Assembly (NCBI GenBank): GCA_964608675.1
Contig: CAZSOZ010000002.1
Location: forward strand, 128,305 to 192,304
Source: an uncultured archaeon
Lineage (GTDB): Archaea > Iainarchaeota > Iainarchaeia > Iainarchaeales > 1-14-0-10-31-34
Direction of reading: 5' to 3'
DNA length: 64,000 nucleotides
The notes beneath the pieces were generated by a model. That model had not been told where the DNA came from. It searched no databases and worked only from the letters and a program-made list of their open reading frames with translations. Within the stretch, counting starts at the first letter, position 1. Each line of letters starts with the position of its first letter. Shown here piece after piece: positions 1-10,799 of this stretch. The translations under genes and the position numbers were made by a program.

Positions 1-495
1 TTTAATGAAAAAATGAAGTACTGCGAAGACCCGGAATTTTTTTTAAGGGTATTCCTTAAAGGAAAAAAATTAACAAAAACCAAAGCAGAAAGCTTTCATA
101 ACAGTTATTCTTTAAAGGAAAGAATTAAATCAAACTTTAATTATTCTTTTTTTGATGCAGTTGTATTCAAAAAATATTTTTCTTTTTTGCTGAATCCCAT
201 TAATTTAATTAAGGCTCCTGAAAACATTAAAATGATTTTTTTGTTTTACTGGATTGTTTTTTTTTCCATTGTTTTTTCTTTTACTTTTTTTTTGATTACA
301 CAAAACATTTATTCTTTTATTTTTCTTTTACTGCCTGCTTATCTTGGAACAATGAAAATCCTGCTTCAAAAAAATACTTGCAGACACAAAAACAATTTTT
401 TGCTGGTTTTAATTTACTCTTTTTTTGCGATTAGTTTATTTACAGCAGTGAAAACAGCTGGATTTATTTTTGGGTTAATTCAAAATAAAGTTTAA
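1..495 (+). CDS. GT2 glycosyltransferase, C-terminal part (5' end outside window)
   Basis: Frame open from base 1 (FNEKMKYCEDPEFFLRV) matches the GT2 'F.E....ED.E...R' motif; followed by C-terminal TM helices. Confidence 0.7.
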   Translation, partial: FNEKMKYCEDPEFFLRVFLKGKKLTKTKAESFHNSYSLKERIKSNFNYSFFDAVVFKKYFSFLLNPINLIKAPENIKMIFLFYWIVFFSIVFSFTFFLITQNIYSFIFLLLPAYLGTMKILLQKNTCRHKNNFLLVLIYSFFAISLFTAVKTAGFIFGLIQNKV

Positions 496-1549
496 TATGA
501 GAATCAGAGACTGAATTCAAAGAATATTTTTTTTTTGCAAGATTTAGCCCGTTTTGTCCGAACTTGTTTCTTAATTTTTTATCCAGTAAAAGATTTAAAG
601 CAACTGTTAGTTCATCAGTTCTTTTTGGAGGAACAATAAAACCATTAAATCCATCAGCAATCACTTCTTTTATTCCCCCCACTGAAGTTCCAATCACTGG
701 TTTTCCGCATGCCATTGCTTCAATTAAAACCAATCCAAAGGCTTCAGATGCAAGAGAAGGCAGAACAAGCAAATCACTTGAATTTAGTGCATCAACTACT
801 TCTTTTTCCTTTAGATTTCCGGCAAAAACCACTTTTTCTGAAACGCCTAATTTGTCAGCAATAGATGCATAATATTTGTATGTTGTATCCAAAAAAGCAG
901 GATTTTCTTTTCCAACAACAAGAATTTTCTTATCTTCAGTGTTTATTTCTTTAAATGCATTAAATAAATACGGCAGTCCTTTATTTGAAGCAAGCCTTCC
1001 TAAAAACAAAACAACAAAAGTTTTATTTTGAACGCCAAACTTTTTTCTTGTCTTTAATTCTTTTTTTGGAAGAGGCTTGAAAATGCTTGTGTCAACTGAA
1101 TCAGGAATTAATTCTATTCTTTTAAAACCTAATTTTGTTAAAATTTTTTTTTCTCTTGAAGTTAATGCAATCACTTTATTGAAAAACATTAATTTGTGCA
1201 AAAAAAAATTTATTTTTTCTTTCAAAAGTGAAGGATTATAATCAAAATGAGGAGTTATAATACTGGGAATTTTCATCAGCCTGCAGACAAGCCATGGAAA
1301 AAAATTTATTGATCTGAAACCATGAAAATGAACTATTTCAGGTTTTAATTTAATTAACTTTAATGCAGTTTTTATTCCCAAAGAAAAACCTTTTGAATTT
1401 GATTCAAACAGGTTTTTAGTTAATCCGTTTTGGTTTAAAACAAAAACAGCATGGCCTTTGGAAGAAAAAATTTTGCGAAAGTTTTCAATTACTTTTTCTA
1501 TTCCGCCGGCATTAGATGGATATTGTTTGGTAATAAAAGCTATTTTCAT
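464..1549 (-). CDS. GT4 (GT-B) glycosyltransferase
   Basis: GGIE N-terminus, FLGRLASNKG, EAFGLVLIEAMACGKPVI. Confidence 0.92.
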   Translation of the reverse strand: MKIAFITKQYPSNAGGIEKVIENFRKIFSSKGHAVFVLNQNGLTKNLFESNSKGFSLGIKTALKLIKLKPEIVHFHGFRSINFFPWLVCRLMKIPSIITPHFDYNPSLLKEKINFFLHKLMFFNKVIALTSREKKILTKLGFKRIELIPDSVDTSIFKPLPKKELKTRKKFGVQNKTFVVLFLGRLASNKGLPYLFNAFKEINTEDKKILVVGKENPAFLDTTYKYYASIADKLGVSEKVVFAGNLKEKEVVDALNSSDLLVLPSLASEAFGLVLIEAMACGKPVIGTSVGGIKEVIADGFNGFIVPPKRTDELTVALNLLLDKKLRNKFGQNGLNLAKKKYSLNSVSDSHIKLYFELTQK

Positions 1550-2748
1550 TTTAACACTTTTTTATATACTTCAATTATTTTGTCTGAAATTGTATTCCAG
1601 TTTAATTCTTCTTTGGTTTTTTTTAGCGCATTAAAGGAAATTTTTTTGTATACTTCAGGTTCATCAAAAAGAAGCAGGATTTTTTTTTCCAGTTCTTTTG
1701 AGTTTCCTGTTTCAAATAAAAATCCGTCAGTTTTGTCTTTAATTAAATCAGGAAAACCGCCAGTATTTGATGCAATAACCGGTTTGCCTGAAGACATTGC
1801 TTCTGTTGCAATTGAAGAACAGGGTTCAGGCCACAAAGAAGGAATTACAATTACATCAGAAAAAGGAATGAAGACTTCTCTGACTTTTTTGTTTGGCACC
1901 CTGTAAAAAAATTTAATGTCTTTTAGATTGTTTTCATAAATAAATTCTTTTAATTCCTGAAAATAGTTTTTGTCTGCATAACTGTAAACAAAAATGAATT
2001 CAGCATCAATGTTTTTTGCTGTTTTCAAAAGAATTTTTGCTCCTTTTTCTGGAATCAAAGAACCAACAAAAAGCACTTTCTTTTTAAGTGAATGAAAATT
2101 GAATTCAAGCAGGCCTTTTTTGTCTGGAGAAAAATCTTTTGAAGCAACATTTGGAATAACAAAAACTTGTTTTTGTTTTTTAAGTTTAATTGAATTTTTG
2201 ACATCATTGCTTACTGCAATTAATGCACTGCATTTTTTTGCTGTATTCTGTAAAATCTTTCTTTTTGTTTTTAAAAGAAAACTGTTTGAATCCAGACATT
2301 CAGCGCATTTTTTTATATCATAATCAAAGCAAATTTTGTTCTGATAATATCGTCTTCCTTTAATGCAGTTAATCCAGTTTCCATGAACAGTTAAAACAAT
2401 CGGAATCTTAAAGAGCTTTAAAGGCATAACTGAAAGCAAAGAAAAAGGCCCATGAACATGAATTAAATCATATTTTTTTTTAAAATGAAGATTTAATGCT
2501 TTAAAAAAAAAAGGCAGAACAAGATTTTTTCCTTTAAATGAAAGTTCCTGTTGTTTTTTTATTCCTGCATTAATTCTAAAAACTTTGATTGAATCAATTG
2601 ATTCAAAAGACTCTGCTTGCCCTATTTTTGCAGTGAGTATATCCACTGAATGTCCTTTTTCTTTGAGTTGTTTTGATAAATTTAATACATGCTGTTCTAT
2701 TCCCCCCAAAGAAGGAAAAAAAGCAGGCGTTATTTGAAGTATTTTCAT
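1546..2748 (-). CDS. GT4 glycosyltransferase
   Basis: FFPSLGGIE, FVGSLIPEKG, PSLWPEPCSSIATEAMSSGKPVI; Cys-containing insert. Confidence 0.92.
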   Translation of the reverse strand: MKILQITPAFFPSLGGIEQHVLNLSKQLKEKGHSVDILTAKIGQAESFESIDSIKVFRINAGIKKQQELSFKGKNLVLPFFFKALNLHFKKKYDLIHVHGPFSLLSVMPLKLFKIPIVLTVHGNWINCIKGRRYYQNKICFDYDIKKCAECLDSNSFLLKTKRKILQNTAKKCSALIAVSNDVKNSIKLKKQKQVFVIPNVASKDFSPDKKGLLEFNFHSLKKKVLFVGSLIPEKGAKILLKTAKNIDAEFIFVYSYADKNYFQELKEFIYENNLKDIKFFYRVPNKKVREVFIPFSDVIVIPSLWPEPCSSIATEAMSSGKPVIASNTGGFPDLIKDKTDGFLFETGNSKELEKKILLLFDEPEVYKKISFNALKKTKEELNWNTISDKIIEVYKKVLK

Positions 2749-3434
2749 TTTATTTTCCTCGCTTTAATTATTATGCTTAAAGATAAAGAAGGAAAAAAAT
2801 CCGCTAAAATGCTTTCGGTTTTATAAAGCAAAGGAAATTCTATTTTATCGCTTATTCTTAAGAGTTCTGAAGTCTTTTTTTCTATTTTGAAATTGTTTTC
2901 TTTTAATTGTTTTTCCAGCAACTCAAAAGTGTAAGCCCTAATATGACCTCCGCTTTTAAAGTAATCCAAATTTAAAGGCTTTTTTCCTGACAATAAAAGA
3001 ATTCTGTTGCCAAGCCATGCAGTGTTTGGAGTCGAAATTACAAGGAAGCCTTCAGGTTTAAGGATTCTGTTTAATTCTGAAACAAAAAAATCTGTGTCAA
3101 AAATGTGTTCAATTATTTCTCCCGCAAAAACTGCATCAAAAGAATTGTCTTTTAAAGGAAAAGATTTTTCAAAATCAAATTTAATGCAGTTGATTCCTTT
3201 TTTTTTTGCATGAATTAAAGCGCTTGAAATATCTGCTCCAAAAACATTCCAGCCTTTTTTTTTTAATTCAAAAGAAAATTCTCCTTTAAGGCACCCTAAA
3301 TCAAGTATTTTTCCTTTTTTTTCTTTGTTAATTATTTTAAAGATTTTTTTAAGCCGTTCATTTTTATATAAGTTAACAGGCAAATTTGAATATCTTTCTC
3401 CCTGAAACTCTGAAATTGATTCATTTTTTTTCAT
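2745..3434 (-). CDS. Class I SAM-dependent methyltransferase
   Basis: ILDLGCLKG motif I, FDAVFAGEIIEH, LKPEGFLVISTPN. Confidence 0.9.
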   Translation of the reverse strand: MKKNESISEFQGERYSNLPVNLYKNERLKKIFKIINKEKKGKILDLGCLKGEFSFELKKKGWNVFGADISSALIHAKKKGINCIKFDFEKSFPLKDNSFDAVFAGEIIEHIFDTDFFVSELNRILKPEGFLVISTPNTAWLGNRILLLSGKKPLNLDYFKSGGHIRAYTFELLEKQLKENNFKIEKKTSELLRISDKIEFPLLYKTESILADFFPSLSLSIIIKARKIK

Positions 3435-4536
3435 TTATTAATTCCTCAAAAAAATCAACGTATTTTTTTGTTATGTTTGTCCATAAAAATTCTCTTTTAA
3501 TCTTTTTAAATCCATTTAATCCCATTTCCTGTGCTTTTTCAGGATTATTTAAAACAAATTTAATTGCTTTAGTTAATTCCATCAGGTTTTCCGGCTGAAC
3601 TTTTATTCCGACTGAATCATCAACTATTTCCTTTAAGCCCCCTGTATTTGATACAATAACAGGTTTTTTGCAGGCCATGGCTTCTAAAGTTGAAACAGAA
3701 ATAGGCTCAAATAACGAAGGCAAAACATAAACAGTGCAGGCATTAAGCAGAGCTTTTTTTTCTTTTTCTTGAACCCATCCCAAAAATTTTATTTTATCTG
3801 AAAGATTTTTTTTTCTGATGAATTCCTTTAATTTTTTTTCTAAAGGGCCTTTTCCTGCAATCAAAAAAATACAGTTTTCTTTTTTTAGTTTTTCTGCTGT
3901 TTTTGCAAAAAGCAAAGGATTTTTTTGCAGTTCAATTCTTGCAAGAAACAAAACAATTTTTTGCGGAAACCTTTTTTTTATTTTTTTTATTTCTTTTTCT
4001 TCTGCAGTAAAATTTTCAAGATAAACTCCGTTATGAATTACCGTGCATTTTGCATTTATTTTGTTTTTTATTTTTTCTTTTTCCTGATGATTAAGAAAAA
4101 TAATTCCGTCTGCTTTATTCATTCCTGTTCTCTGAAAGAAGGCATCAACCATTAATGCAAGTTTTGATTGTTTTGCAGTCCATGAAGTAAATTTTTTTCT
4201 TTCCAAAAAATTGTCATGAATTACTGCTATTTTTGGAATGCTCCATTTATTAATAAAAAAAATGGATTCAGCCATTGAAGACAAAACAACATCAAATTTT
4301 TTTGGTTTAATCTGGCTGTAAACTGCTTTTCCAAACAAAAACCGATTAATGAAACCAAAAGGATAATCAATAAAATGAAATTGATTTACTTTAATGCAGT
4401 TAAAGTCAAGAAATTTTCCTGAAAGGTTTGCAACAGTTATTTGATGGCCTTTTTTTTTTAATTCCTGTATTAATTCATAATAAGCCGGCGAAACAATTTC
4501 TTCAAAGTTTTCTCTGATTAAATAAAGAATTTTCAT
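3421..4536 (-). CDS. GT4 glycosyltransferase
   Basis: IHNGV, FLARIELQKN, PSLFEPISVSTLEAMACKKPVI. Confidence 0.92.
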   Translation of the reverse strand: MKILYLIRENFEEIVSPAYYELIQELKKKGHQITVANLSGKFLDFNCIKVNQFHFIDYPFGFINRFLFGKAVYSQIKPKKFDVVLSSMAESIFFINKWSIPKIAVIHDNFLERKKFTSWTAKQSKLALMVDAFFQRTGMNKADGIIFLNHQEKEKIKNKINAKCTVIHNGVYLENFTAEEKEIKKIKKRFPQKIVLFLARIELQKNPLLFAKTAEKLKKENCIFLIAGKGPLEKKLKEFIRKKNLSDKIKFLGWVQEKEKKALLNACTVYVLPSLFEPISVSTLEAMACKKPVIVSNTGGLKEIVDDSVGIKVQPENLMELTKAIKFVLNNPEKAQEMGLNGFKKIKREFLWTNITKKYVDFFEELINEKK

Positions 4537-5436
4537 TTATTTTTTCCCTTCAATTTTATCGACAACTTTTTTTAATCCTTCTTCAAGAGAAGTGTTGCAG
4601 GTAAAACCAATTAATTCCTGCAGGTAAGACGAAGAAAAAGGAATTCTTTCTGTTTCAAGTTCATTTAATCCCGAAGGAAATTCATCTTTCAATATTTCAG
4701 ATTTAGAGCCTGTTATTTTTTTAATTAATTTTGCTAATTCAAGAATACTGGTTTTTTTTCCTGTTCCTATATTAACTGATTTAGAATAAGTGTTCTCAGA
4801 AAACGCACTTAAAATTGTTGCTTTTGATACATCTCCCACATAAGTAAAATCTCTTTCTTGTTTTCCGTTTCCAAAAAAAACCAAAGGAGCACCTTCAACT
4901 GCATTGCGAACAAAATAAGGAACAACCATTTCATGAGACTGGTTTTCACCGTAAACATTATAATATCTTACAATAGTATACCCTAATCCATTTTCTTTAT
5001 GAAATTCTTTGATAAAATATTCCCCCATTAATTTTGCTGCTGGATAAGAAAAATAATGATTTAAAGCAGGTTTTGAAAAAGTGAAATTCTGCTTGAATTT
5101 TTCGCTTAACATGCTTGTGGAAGAATAAACCACTCTTTTAACGTTGTTTTTCAAAGAATAATTCAGAATATTATAAAGCCCGTTTAATTCTGTGTGTATT
5201 ACTTTAATTGGATTGCCTGTATTATACGTTCCTCCTCCAATTGAAGCAAAATGAAAAACAAAATCAAATTTGCCTATTGAATCAACCCAGTTTTTTTCTG
5301 TTATATCATATGCCAGAGAATCAAAATTCCTGTTTTCAGTTAAATCAAGCAATACAACTTTGTGTTCTTTTGATAAATCAAAGGCAACTCTTTCTCCAAT
5401 TAAACCATTGCCGCCGGTAATAAGAATTTTATGCAT
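4537..5436 (-). CDS. NAD-dependent epimerase/dehydratase (extended SDR)
   Basis: ILITGGNGLIG, YxxxK (YPAAK), RYYNVYG, GNGKQERDFTYVGD. Confidence 0.92.
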   Translation of the reverse strand: MHKILITGGNGLIGERVAFDLSKEHKVVLLDLTENRNFDSLAYDITEKNWVDSIGKFDFVFHFASIGGGTYNTGNPIKVIHTELNGLYNILNYSLKNNVKRVVYSSTSMLSEKFKQNFTFSKPALNHYFSYPAAKLMGEYFIKEFHKENGLGYTIVRYYNVYGENQSHEMVVPYFVRNAVEGAPLVFFGNGKQERDFTYVGDVSKATILSAFSENTYSKSVNIGTGKKTSILELAKLIKKITGSKSEILKDEFPSGLNELETERIPFSSSYLQELIGFTCNTSLEEGLKKVVDKIEGKK

Positions 5437-5444
5437 TCAAATAA

Positions 5445-6311
5445 TTACCTCATAAAATCAATAAAAGCCTTTCTTGTTCCTGAAATTCTCCCCAAAAAAA
5501 TAAGAAAAGATTCATGCACAAATTTCCTGAAAAAAATTTTTTTATTTAAAAAATGCACAAAAAAAATTTTAATATCATAAAACATTAAAGGCAAATCTTT
5601 TAATACAAGCAAAGGAAAAGAAAAAAAACCGTAATTTTTTAAAACAAAATAATACTTGAATTTCCCGAATTCAAACAAGTTTCCAAACCTTAAATTGCTT
5701 TTAATAAAATGATGAACAATTGCATCAGGATTCACATTAATTTTATATCCTGCCCTGTTTAATCTTAAAGACAAATCAATTTCATCAAAATAAAAAGAAA
5801 AATTTTCATCAAAACCATTCACTGCATCCAAAGCTTTTTTTGAAAAAGCCATATTGCATCCATGAACAACAGTAAAATCATTTTTTTTAAGTTCAGTAGG
5901 ATTAACTTTAATTAAACCGTAATTATTGCAGGCCCACAAAATATTTTCTTCGGTTTTGCCGGCAAAATATTCAATGCTTTTTCCTGAAACTGCGCCTATT
6001 TCATCAGAAACAAAACCCGAAACCATTTCTTCAATCCAGTTTTTTTCTGCTTTTGCGTCATCATCAATAAAAGCAATGATTTTTCCTTTTGAATTCTTTA
6101 TTCCAGTGTTTCTTGCTGAAGCCAGACCTTTATGTTTTTGTTCAATTAATTTGAATCCGTTTGGTTCAAAGTTTATTTTTCCGCCGTCGTTGACTACAAT
6201 TAATTCAAAAAAAGGATAAGAAGAATTCAAAACAGATTCGATTGCTTTATGAATTCGTCTTTTGCCGACAGCGGGTATTATCACAGAAACAAAAGGTTTA
6301 CTTGAATTCAT
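5445..6311 (-). CDS. GT2 glycosyltransferase
   Basis: VSVIIPA, VVNDG, GLASARNTG, FIDDD, GFDENF..FDEIDLSLR. Confidence 0.92.
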   Translation of the reverse strand: MNSSKPFVSVIIPAVGKRRIHKAIESVLNSSYPFFELIVVNDGGKINFEPNGFKLIEQKHKGLASARNTGIKNSKGKIIAFIDDDAKAEKNWIEEMVSGFVSDEIGAVSGKSIEYFAGKTEENILWACNNYGLIKVNPTELKKNDFTVVHGCNMAFSKKALDAVNGFDENFSFYFDEIDLSLRLNRAGYKINVNPDAIVHHFIKSNLRFGNLFEFGKFKYYFVLKNYGFFSFPLLVLKDLPLMFYDIKIFFVHFLNKKIFFRKFVHESFLIFLGRISGTRKAFIDFMR

Positions 6312-7422
6312 TCAAAAAATCCTCCAATTTTAAAATGTTATTTTTTAAGTCAAGTTTTTTTACTGCAGTTTTTCTTGCTGTTTCAGATAATAAATTAAAC
6401 TCTTTTTTTGAAATAAAATGATTTTTTTCAAAATTAATTCCTGCTTTTCCTGCTTGTTCAAGAGGCCCGATTGTTTCCGGAACAAGAACAGGCAAACCGC
6501 ATGAAAGATATTCAGAAATTTTCATCATAAAGCTTGCGTCAGCAAAAGAAGAATTAAATTTTTTTAAGTAAACTCCTGCATCAAAACAAGGAATTAATTG
6601 ATGCATTCTTTTGTTTGAAAAATTATTTAAAAAAAAAGTTTTTGAAATAAGGTTTCTTTTTTCCAGTTCTTTTTTAAGGCAAGCAGAAGGAAAAGAAAAA
6701 GGAGAAATTATATATAATCTACAGTTGTTTTTTTCAAGCACAGAAAAAAAAGGAATAAAATCTTCTGCATCACAAGACGAACTCAAATAAAGCAAATTAA
6801 TTATTTTTTTATCTAAATCCAAATAATTCAATTTTTTTGGCTTATATTTTTCTGTGTCCACAGGCGCAGGAAAAAAAGTTTTTGGGTTATTTATTTTCAT
6901 TGATTCAAGGAGTTTATTCTGAATTCCGCTTAAAGAAATTATTCCCTTTGAGTTGTGCATTACATTCAACTGCTGATTTTTTGACGCCCCCATAAAAGAA
7001 GAAACAAAATTTTCTTTTTCTGTTATTCCTTCCACAAAAACAAAAAAAGAAATCCCTTTTTTCTTTAACTGAAAAACAATTTTTGAATAAAATTTTGATT
7101 CAATCAAAGAAGGAAAACTAAACCAAAAACTTTTTCCGTTAAAAGAAGGAAGCTTTAAGATTACTGCATCAAATTTTTCTTTTGCAATCAGCGAAAACAA
7201 TTTTTTTGAAGAAAAAAAAGAAGTTAAAGGAAAAGAAAAAACTTTTGAATAAAACCAGTAATTCAGAAAACGATGAACTTTTATTTTATTTGAAGAACCA
7301 TGGCATACAGCATGAATTTCATGGCCCTGCTCTGCAAGTCCTTCGGCCATTCTTTTTAAAAGCAGTGAATCTCCCTTAAATAAATCAATATTAACTCTTT
7401 CAGCAAAAAAAAGAAGCTTCAT
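6298..7422 (-). CDS. Divergent GT4-like glycosyltransferase
   Basis: APVDTEKY and MKISEYLSCGLPVL GT-B signature; sits in GT operon. Confidence 0.75.
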   Translation of the reverse strand: MKLLFFAERVNIDLFKGDSLLLKRMAEGLAEQGHEIHAVCHGSSNKIKVHRFLNYWFYSKVFSFPLTSFFSSKKLFSLIAKEKFDAVILKLPSFNGKSFWFSFPSLIESKFYSKIVFQLKKKGISFFVFVEGITEKENFVSSFMGASKNQQLNVMHNSKGIISLSGIQNKLLESMKINNPKTFFPAPVDTEKYKPKKLNYLDLDKKIINLLYLSSSCDAEDFIPFFSVLEKNNCRLYIISPFSFPSACLKKELEKRNLISKTFFLNNFSNKRMHQLIPCFDAGVYLKKFNSSFADASFMMKISEYLSCGLPVLVPETIGPLEQAGKAGINFEKNHFISKKEFNLLSETARKTAVKKLDLKNNILKLEDFLNEFK

Positions 7423-8528
7423 TTTATTTTCACCTTTTTATTAAAAAAAGATTCAAATTTTTTTATTGAAGTTTCAAAAGAAAAATTTTCTTCGACTTTT
7501 TTTCTTGCATTCAATCCAAAAAAAATTCTTTTTTCTTTATTATTCATTAATTCTTTTAATTTTAATTCAAATTCTTTTTTATCTTTCAATTCAGCTAAAA
7601 AACCGTTTTTTCCGCTGTCAATAATTTCTTTTGTTCCGCCGACAGAAAAAGCCACACACGGCGTAAAACAAGCCATTGCTTCAATTAAAACCATTCCAAA
7701 AGATTCCTGAGAAGAAGGCAGAACAAAAATTCCTGCAGAAGAAAACTCCTTAATTAAATCTTTTCTAGACAAATTTGGCTTAAATAAAATATTTTTATTT
7801 GATTCTGCAAGCAAATTTAATTTATCAAAATACTTTTTTTCTTCAGAGCTTTTGTTTACAGACCCTGTAAAACAAAATTTCCAGTCATCTAATTCTCCTG
7901 ATTCAATTAATTCAATAAGAAAATTTATTCCTTTATGTTCAACAAGTCTTCCTGCAAACAAAATTTTTTTTTCTTTTTTTTGAATTGTTTGAGGAAATTC
8001 ATTTAAATCAATAAAATTTGAAATCAAAAAAAATTTTTCTTTATTTATTTTTGTTTTGCTTAGAATGCTTTTTTTTATTGATTCAGCAGGAACAATAACA
8101 TAATCAGAAATTTTTATGCTAAAAACAGCAAGAACATCATAAAGCCATTCACTGGATTTAATCCAAGGATTATGATTGAATTCATGATAAATTAAAGGAA
8201 TTCCCTTAATTTTTGAGATAAGCAAACCTGCAAAAATCATTGAACAGCCAGAAACATAAACTGCATCAAATTTTTTAAACAAACATTTCCAAAAAATAAA
8301 AACAGAAAAAAACAAAGCATTTGTTTTTTTTGCAGGAAACCTTTCAATTTTCGTTCTCCCAAAATAATTAATTAAAGGATTAACAGAAAAAAAGGTTATA
8401 TTAAATTCTTTTGACTGAAGTCCTTCAGCTATTTTAAATGAAAGATATTCAATTGCTCCTCCTTTATCTGCAGGAACACCTATAAATTGAGTTCCAATCA
8501 TGCACAATTTTCTTTTCATTCCAATCAA
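7419..8528 (-). CDS. GT4 glycosyltransferase
   Basis: GGAIE, FAGRLVEHKG, ESFGMVLIEAMAC. Confidence 0.92.
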   Translation of the reverse strand: MIGMKRKLCMIGTQFIGVPADKGGAIEYLSFKIAEGLQSKEFNITFFSVNPLINYFGRTKIERFPAKKTNALFFSVFIFWKCLFKKFDAVYVSGCSMIFAGLLISKIKGIPLIYHEFNHNPWIKSSEWLYDVLAVFSIKISDYVIVPAESIKKSILSKTKINKEKFFLISNFIDLNEFPQTIQKKEKKILFAGRLVEHKGINFLIELIESGELDDWKFCFTGSVNKSSEEKKYFDKLNLLAESNKNILFKPNLSRKDLIKEFSSAGIFVLPSSQESFGMVLIEAMACFTPCVAFSVGGTKEIIDSGKNGFLAELKDKKEFELKLKELMNNKEKRIFFGLNARKKVEENFSFETSIKKFESFFNKKVKIK

Positions 8529-10402
8529 TTCAATAAACTTAAATCCTGTGCTGAAACAAGATATGCTTTTGACTTTTCATTTTCATAAATTTTTTTTCCA
8601 ATTGAACCAATTCTTGCAAAATCATCACACCTCAAATAAACATCATTTAAATAAAAAGAATAAGGTTTTCCTTCAATGCATGAAACAGTAAATCCAAAAG
8701 CATTGTAATTCTTTTCTGATGCACGAACTGATTCAAAACTTACTGCAGTAAATTTTTCTCCAATTAAATTGTTTTCTAAAAACTCTTTTGCAAACAAATG
8801 GTTTGCTTCAGTGAACTGAGAAGAATCATAAAGATTTGGAGCACTAACAAAAGAAAAAATCAACAGCATTATTAAAATAAAATAAAAAGGTTTCCTGTGA
8901 AACAAAAGCACGATTCCTGAAGCAAAAAGAATAGACGTCACTTCAAGGGTAGCGTGAACTCCATCATGAAACTGAAGATGAACCAAAAACAAAACTAAAA
9001 TAAAAACAGCCAAAGCAAAAACAGGAATTATTCTGTGTTTTGGATAAACAAAAAAAACAGTTAAAACAAGCAAAGCAATCAAAGAATAATGAAACAGTTT
9101 TTCAATTAACTGACTTAAACCAAATTGCATTACATATTCATTAATAAAAGGCACAAACCTTCTCAAAAAAGGCATGCCAGCAAAATACTGTTTAGGAATT
9201 AATTCTGATTTAACAGATTCAGATAATTTTTTTTGCTCAAATGGATTTGCTTTTGAACTCAGTTCTTCTTCTCTTACAATATTTTGTGCTGGTTCTTCAT
9301 CAAAAATATCCTGCAAGCTTTTTTCGCTAAAACCTGCATATTTTTCTGTTAAACCAAATAAATCAATTGAAGTAGAATAAGATGCAATCAAAACTCCAAA
9401 CATAAATAAAATAATTATGTCAGTAAAATACGCTTTTTTTGAAATAGCTTTCCTAAAAAAAAACAAAAAAACAAAAAACCCAAAAACTGAAACAGAAATA
9501 TAAAGAGTAGTAAGATTAATGTAAGTTATTAACAGCATTAATACAATAAGAATAATTCTTGAATTCAATTGTTTAAAATACTTTAAATAAAAATAAATAA
9601 ACAAAAGAAAAATAATGAATTTTCCTATCATTTGTGGAGCTAAATGAATATTCTGAATAGGAAAAAAAGCAATCAAAACAACAAAAACTGCAAGCTTTCT
9701 CTCTACAAACTGCGTAGAAAGCAAATAAAAAGACAAAAAAATCATTAACAGAAAAAAGAATTTTAAAAGAAAGAAAATGCTTGCAACAGGCACTCCAAAA
9801 ATTTTTGCAATAATAACCAAATAATAAAAATAAACAAAACTTACATTTACATAATTGTGTTTTCCAAAATCTTCTGCTGAAAATTCTCCTGATTCAAGTT
9901 TTGTCAGGTTTGTAAGCAAAACTCTTTCATCGCCAATTAAAATCTGCGGAGAAATCAAAGGAAGCAGAACAGAAAAAAACAATAAACCTAATGAAATCCA
10001 AAAAAAAACGTTTTTTTGTTTTATTAAAGAATAAACAATTGACGCTGAAAGAATGCCGTAGCCTATGTAATAAAGCAGAGAGTACTGCACTGCAAATTCA
10101 TATCTTTGAAACACAAAAGAAAAGAAAACCAGCAATGCGCCTGCAGAAACAACAGGAATAAATTTATTGAATTTAAATAAAAAATAAATTACGGCAAGAG
10201 AAATCAAAAAAGAAAAAATCCCAAAAATAAATTTATCTGAAACAATAAAAACGTTTGACCTAGAAAAAAAGAAAAAATAAAAAAAAGCATAAAGAAAAAT
10301 AAAAAGCAAAAAATAATCATGAGAAAAAAAAGACTCCAGTTTTGAATAAACAAAACCATATATTTTTTTTGCTTTAACTGCAAGCTTATTTTCTGAAAAC
10401 AT
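8525..10402 (-). CDS. Polytopic membrane protein, possible GT-C glycosyltransferase/polymerase
   Basis: About 15 hydrophobic segments, GDE loop motif, located in the glycosylation operon. Confidence 0.55.
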   Translation of the reverse strand: MFSENKLAVKAKKIYGFVYSKLESFFSHDYFLLFIFLYAFFYFFFFSRSNVFIVSDKFIFGIFSFLISLAVIYFLFKFNKFIPVVSAGALLVFFSFVFQRYEFAVQYSLLYYIGYGILSASIVYSLIKQKNVFFWISLGLLFFSVLLPLISPQILIGDERVLLTNLTKLESGEFSAEDFGKHNYVNVSFVYFYYLVIIAKIFGVPVASIFFLLKFFFLLMIFLSFYLLSTQFVERKLAVFVVLIAFFPIQNIHLAPQMIGKFIIFLLFIYFYLKYFKQLNSRIILIVLMLLITYINLTTLYISVSVFGFFVFLFFFRKAISKKAYFTDIIILFMFGVLIASYSTSIDLFGLTEKYAGFSEKSLQDIFDEEPAQNIVREEELSSKANPFEQKKLSESVKSELIPKQYFAGMPFLRRFVPFINEYVMQFGLSQLIEKLFHYSLIALLVLTVFFVYPKHRIIPVFALAVFILVLFLVHLQFHDGVHATLEVTSILFASGIVLLFHRKPFYFILIMLLIFSFVSAPNLYDSSQFTEANHLFAKEFLENNLIGEKFTAVSFESVRASEKNYNAFGFTVSCIEGKPYSFYLNDVYLRCDDFARIGSIGKKIYENEKSKAYLVSAQDLSLLN

Positions 10403-10799
10403 TTTTTTTCACCGCAATCATAAATCCAATTAAAATAATTATTCCTAAAAAAACCAAAAGTCTGTAATCAGGTCTAATCGAAATAGAAGTATAATAAAAT
10501 TCATCAGAGTTTTCCTTAAAAATTTTTATTGCATAAAAACCTGGCTTGACTCCTGCTGAATCAAGAACAAATCTTTTTCCTGTTTTTTTAAGGGAATTGT
10601 TTTCAAATACAGGGCATAAAGAAATTGTGCATTCTTCAACTTCATTTAAATTATAATAATAAGCCATTTCAAGCGAAACCTTTGAATTAAAAGCCAGAGA
10701 AATTTTTTCTCCCGGAAAAGAAACAAAAGATTCTGCTTCAAAAGAAAAACAAACCGGAATAAACAAAAAAATCAGCAATCCAAAAAGCAGTTTATTCAT
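10386..10799 (-). CDS. Small exported protein with C-terminal TM anchor
   Basis: N-terminal signal peptide; C-terminal hydrophobic helix with basic tail. Confidence 0.7.
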   Translation of the reverse strand: MNKLLFGLLIFLFIPVCFSFEAESFVSFPGEKISLAFNSKVSLEMAYYYNLNEVEECTISLCPVFENNSLKKTGKRFVLDSAGVKPGFYAIKIFKENSDEFYYTSISIRPDYRLLVFLGIIILIGFMIAVKKNVFRK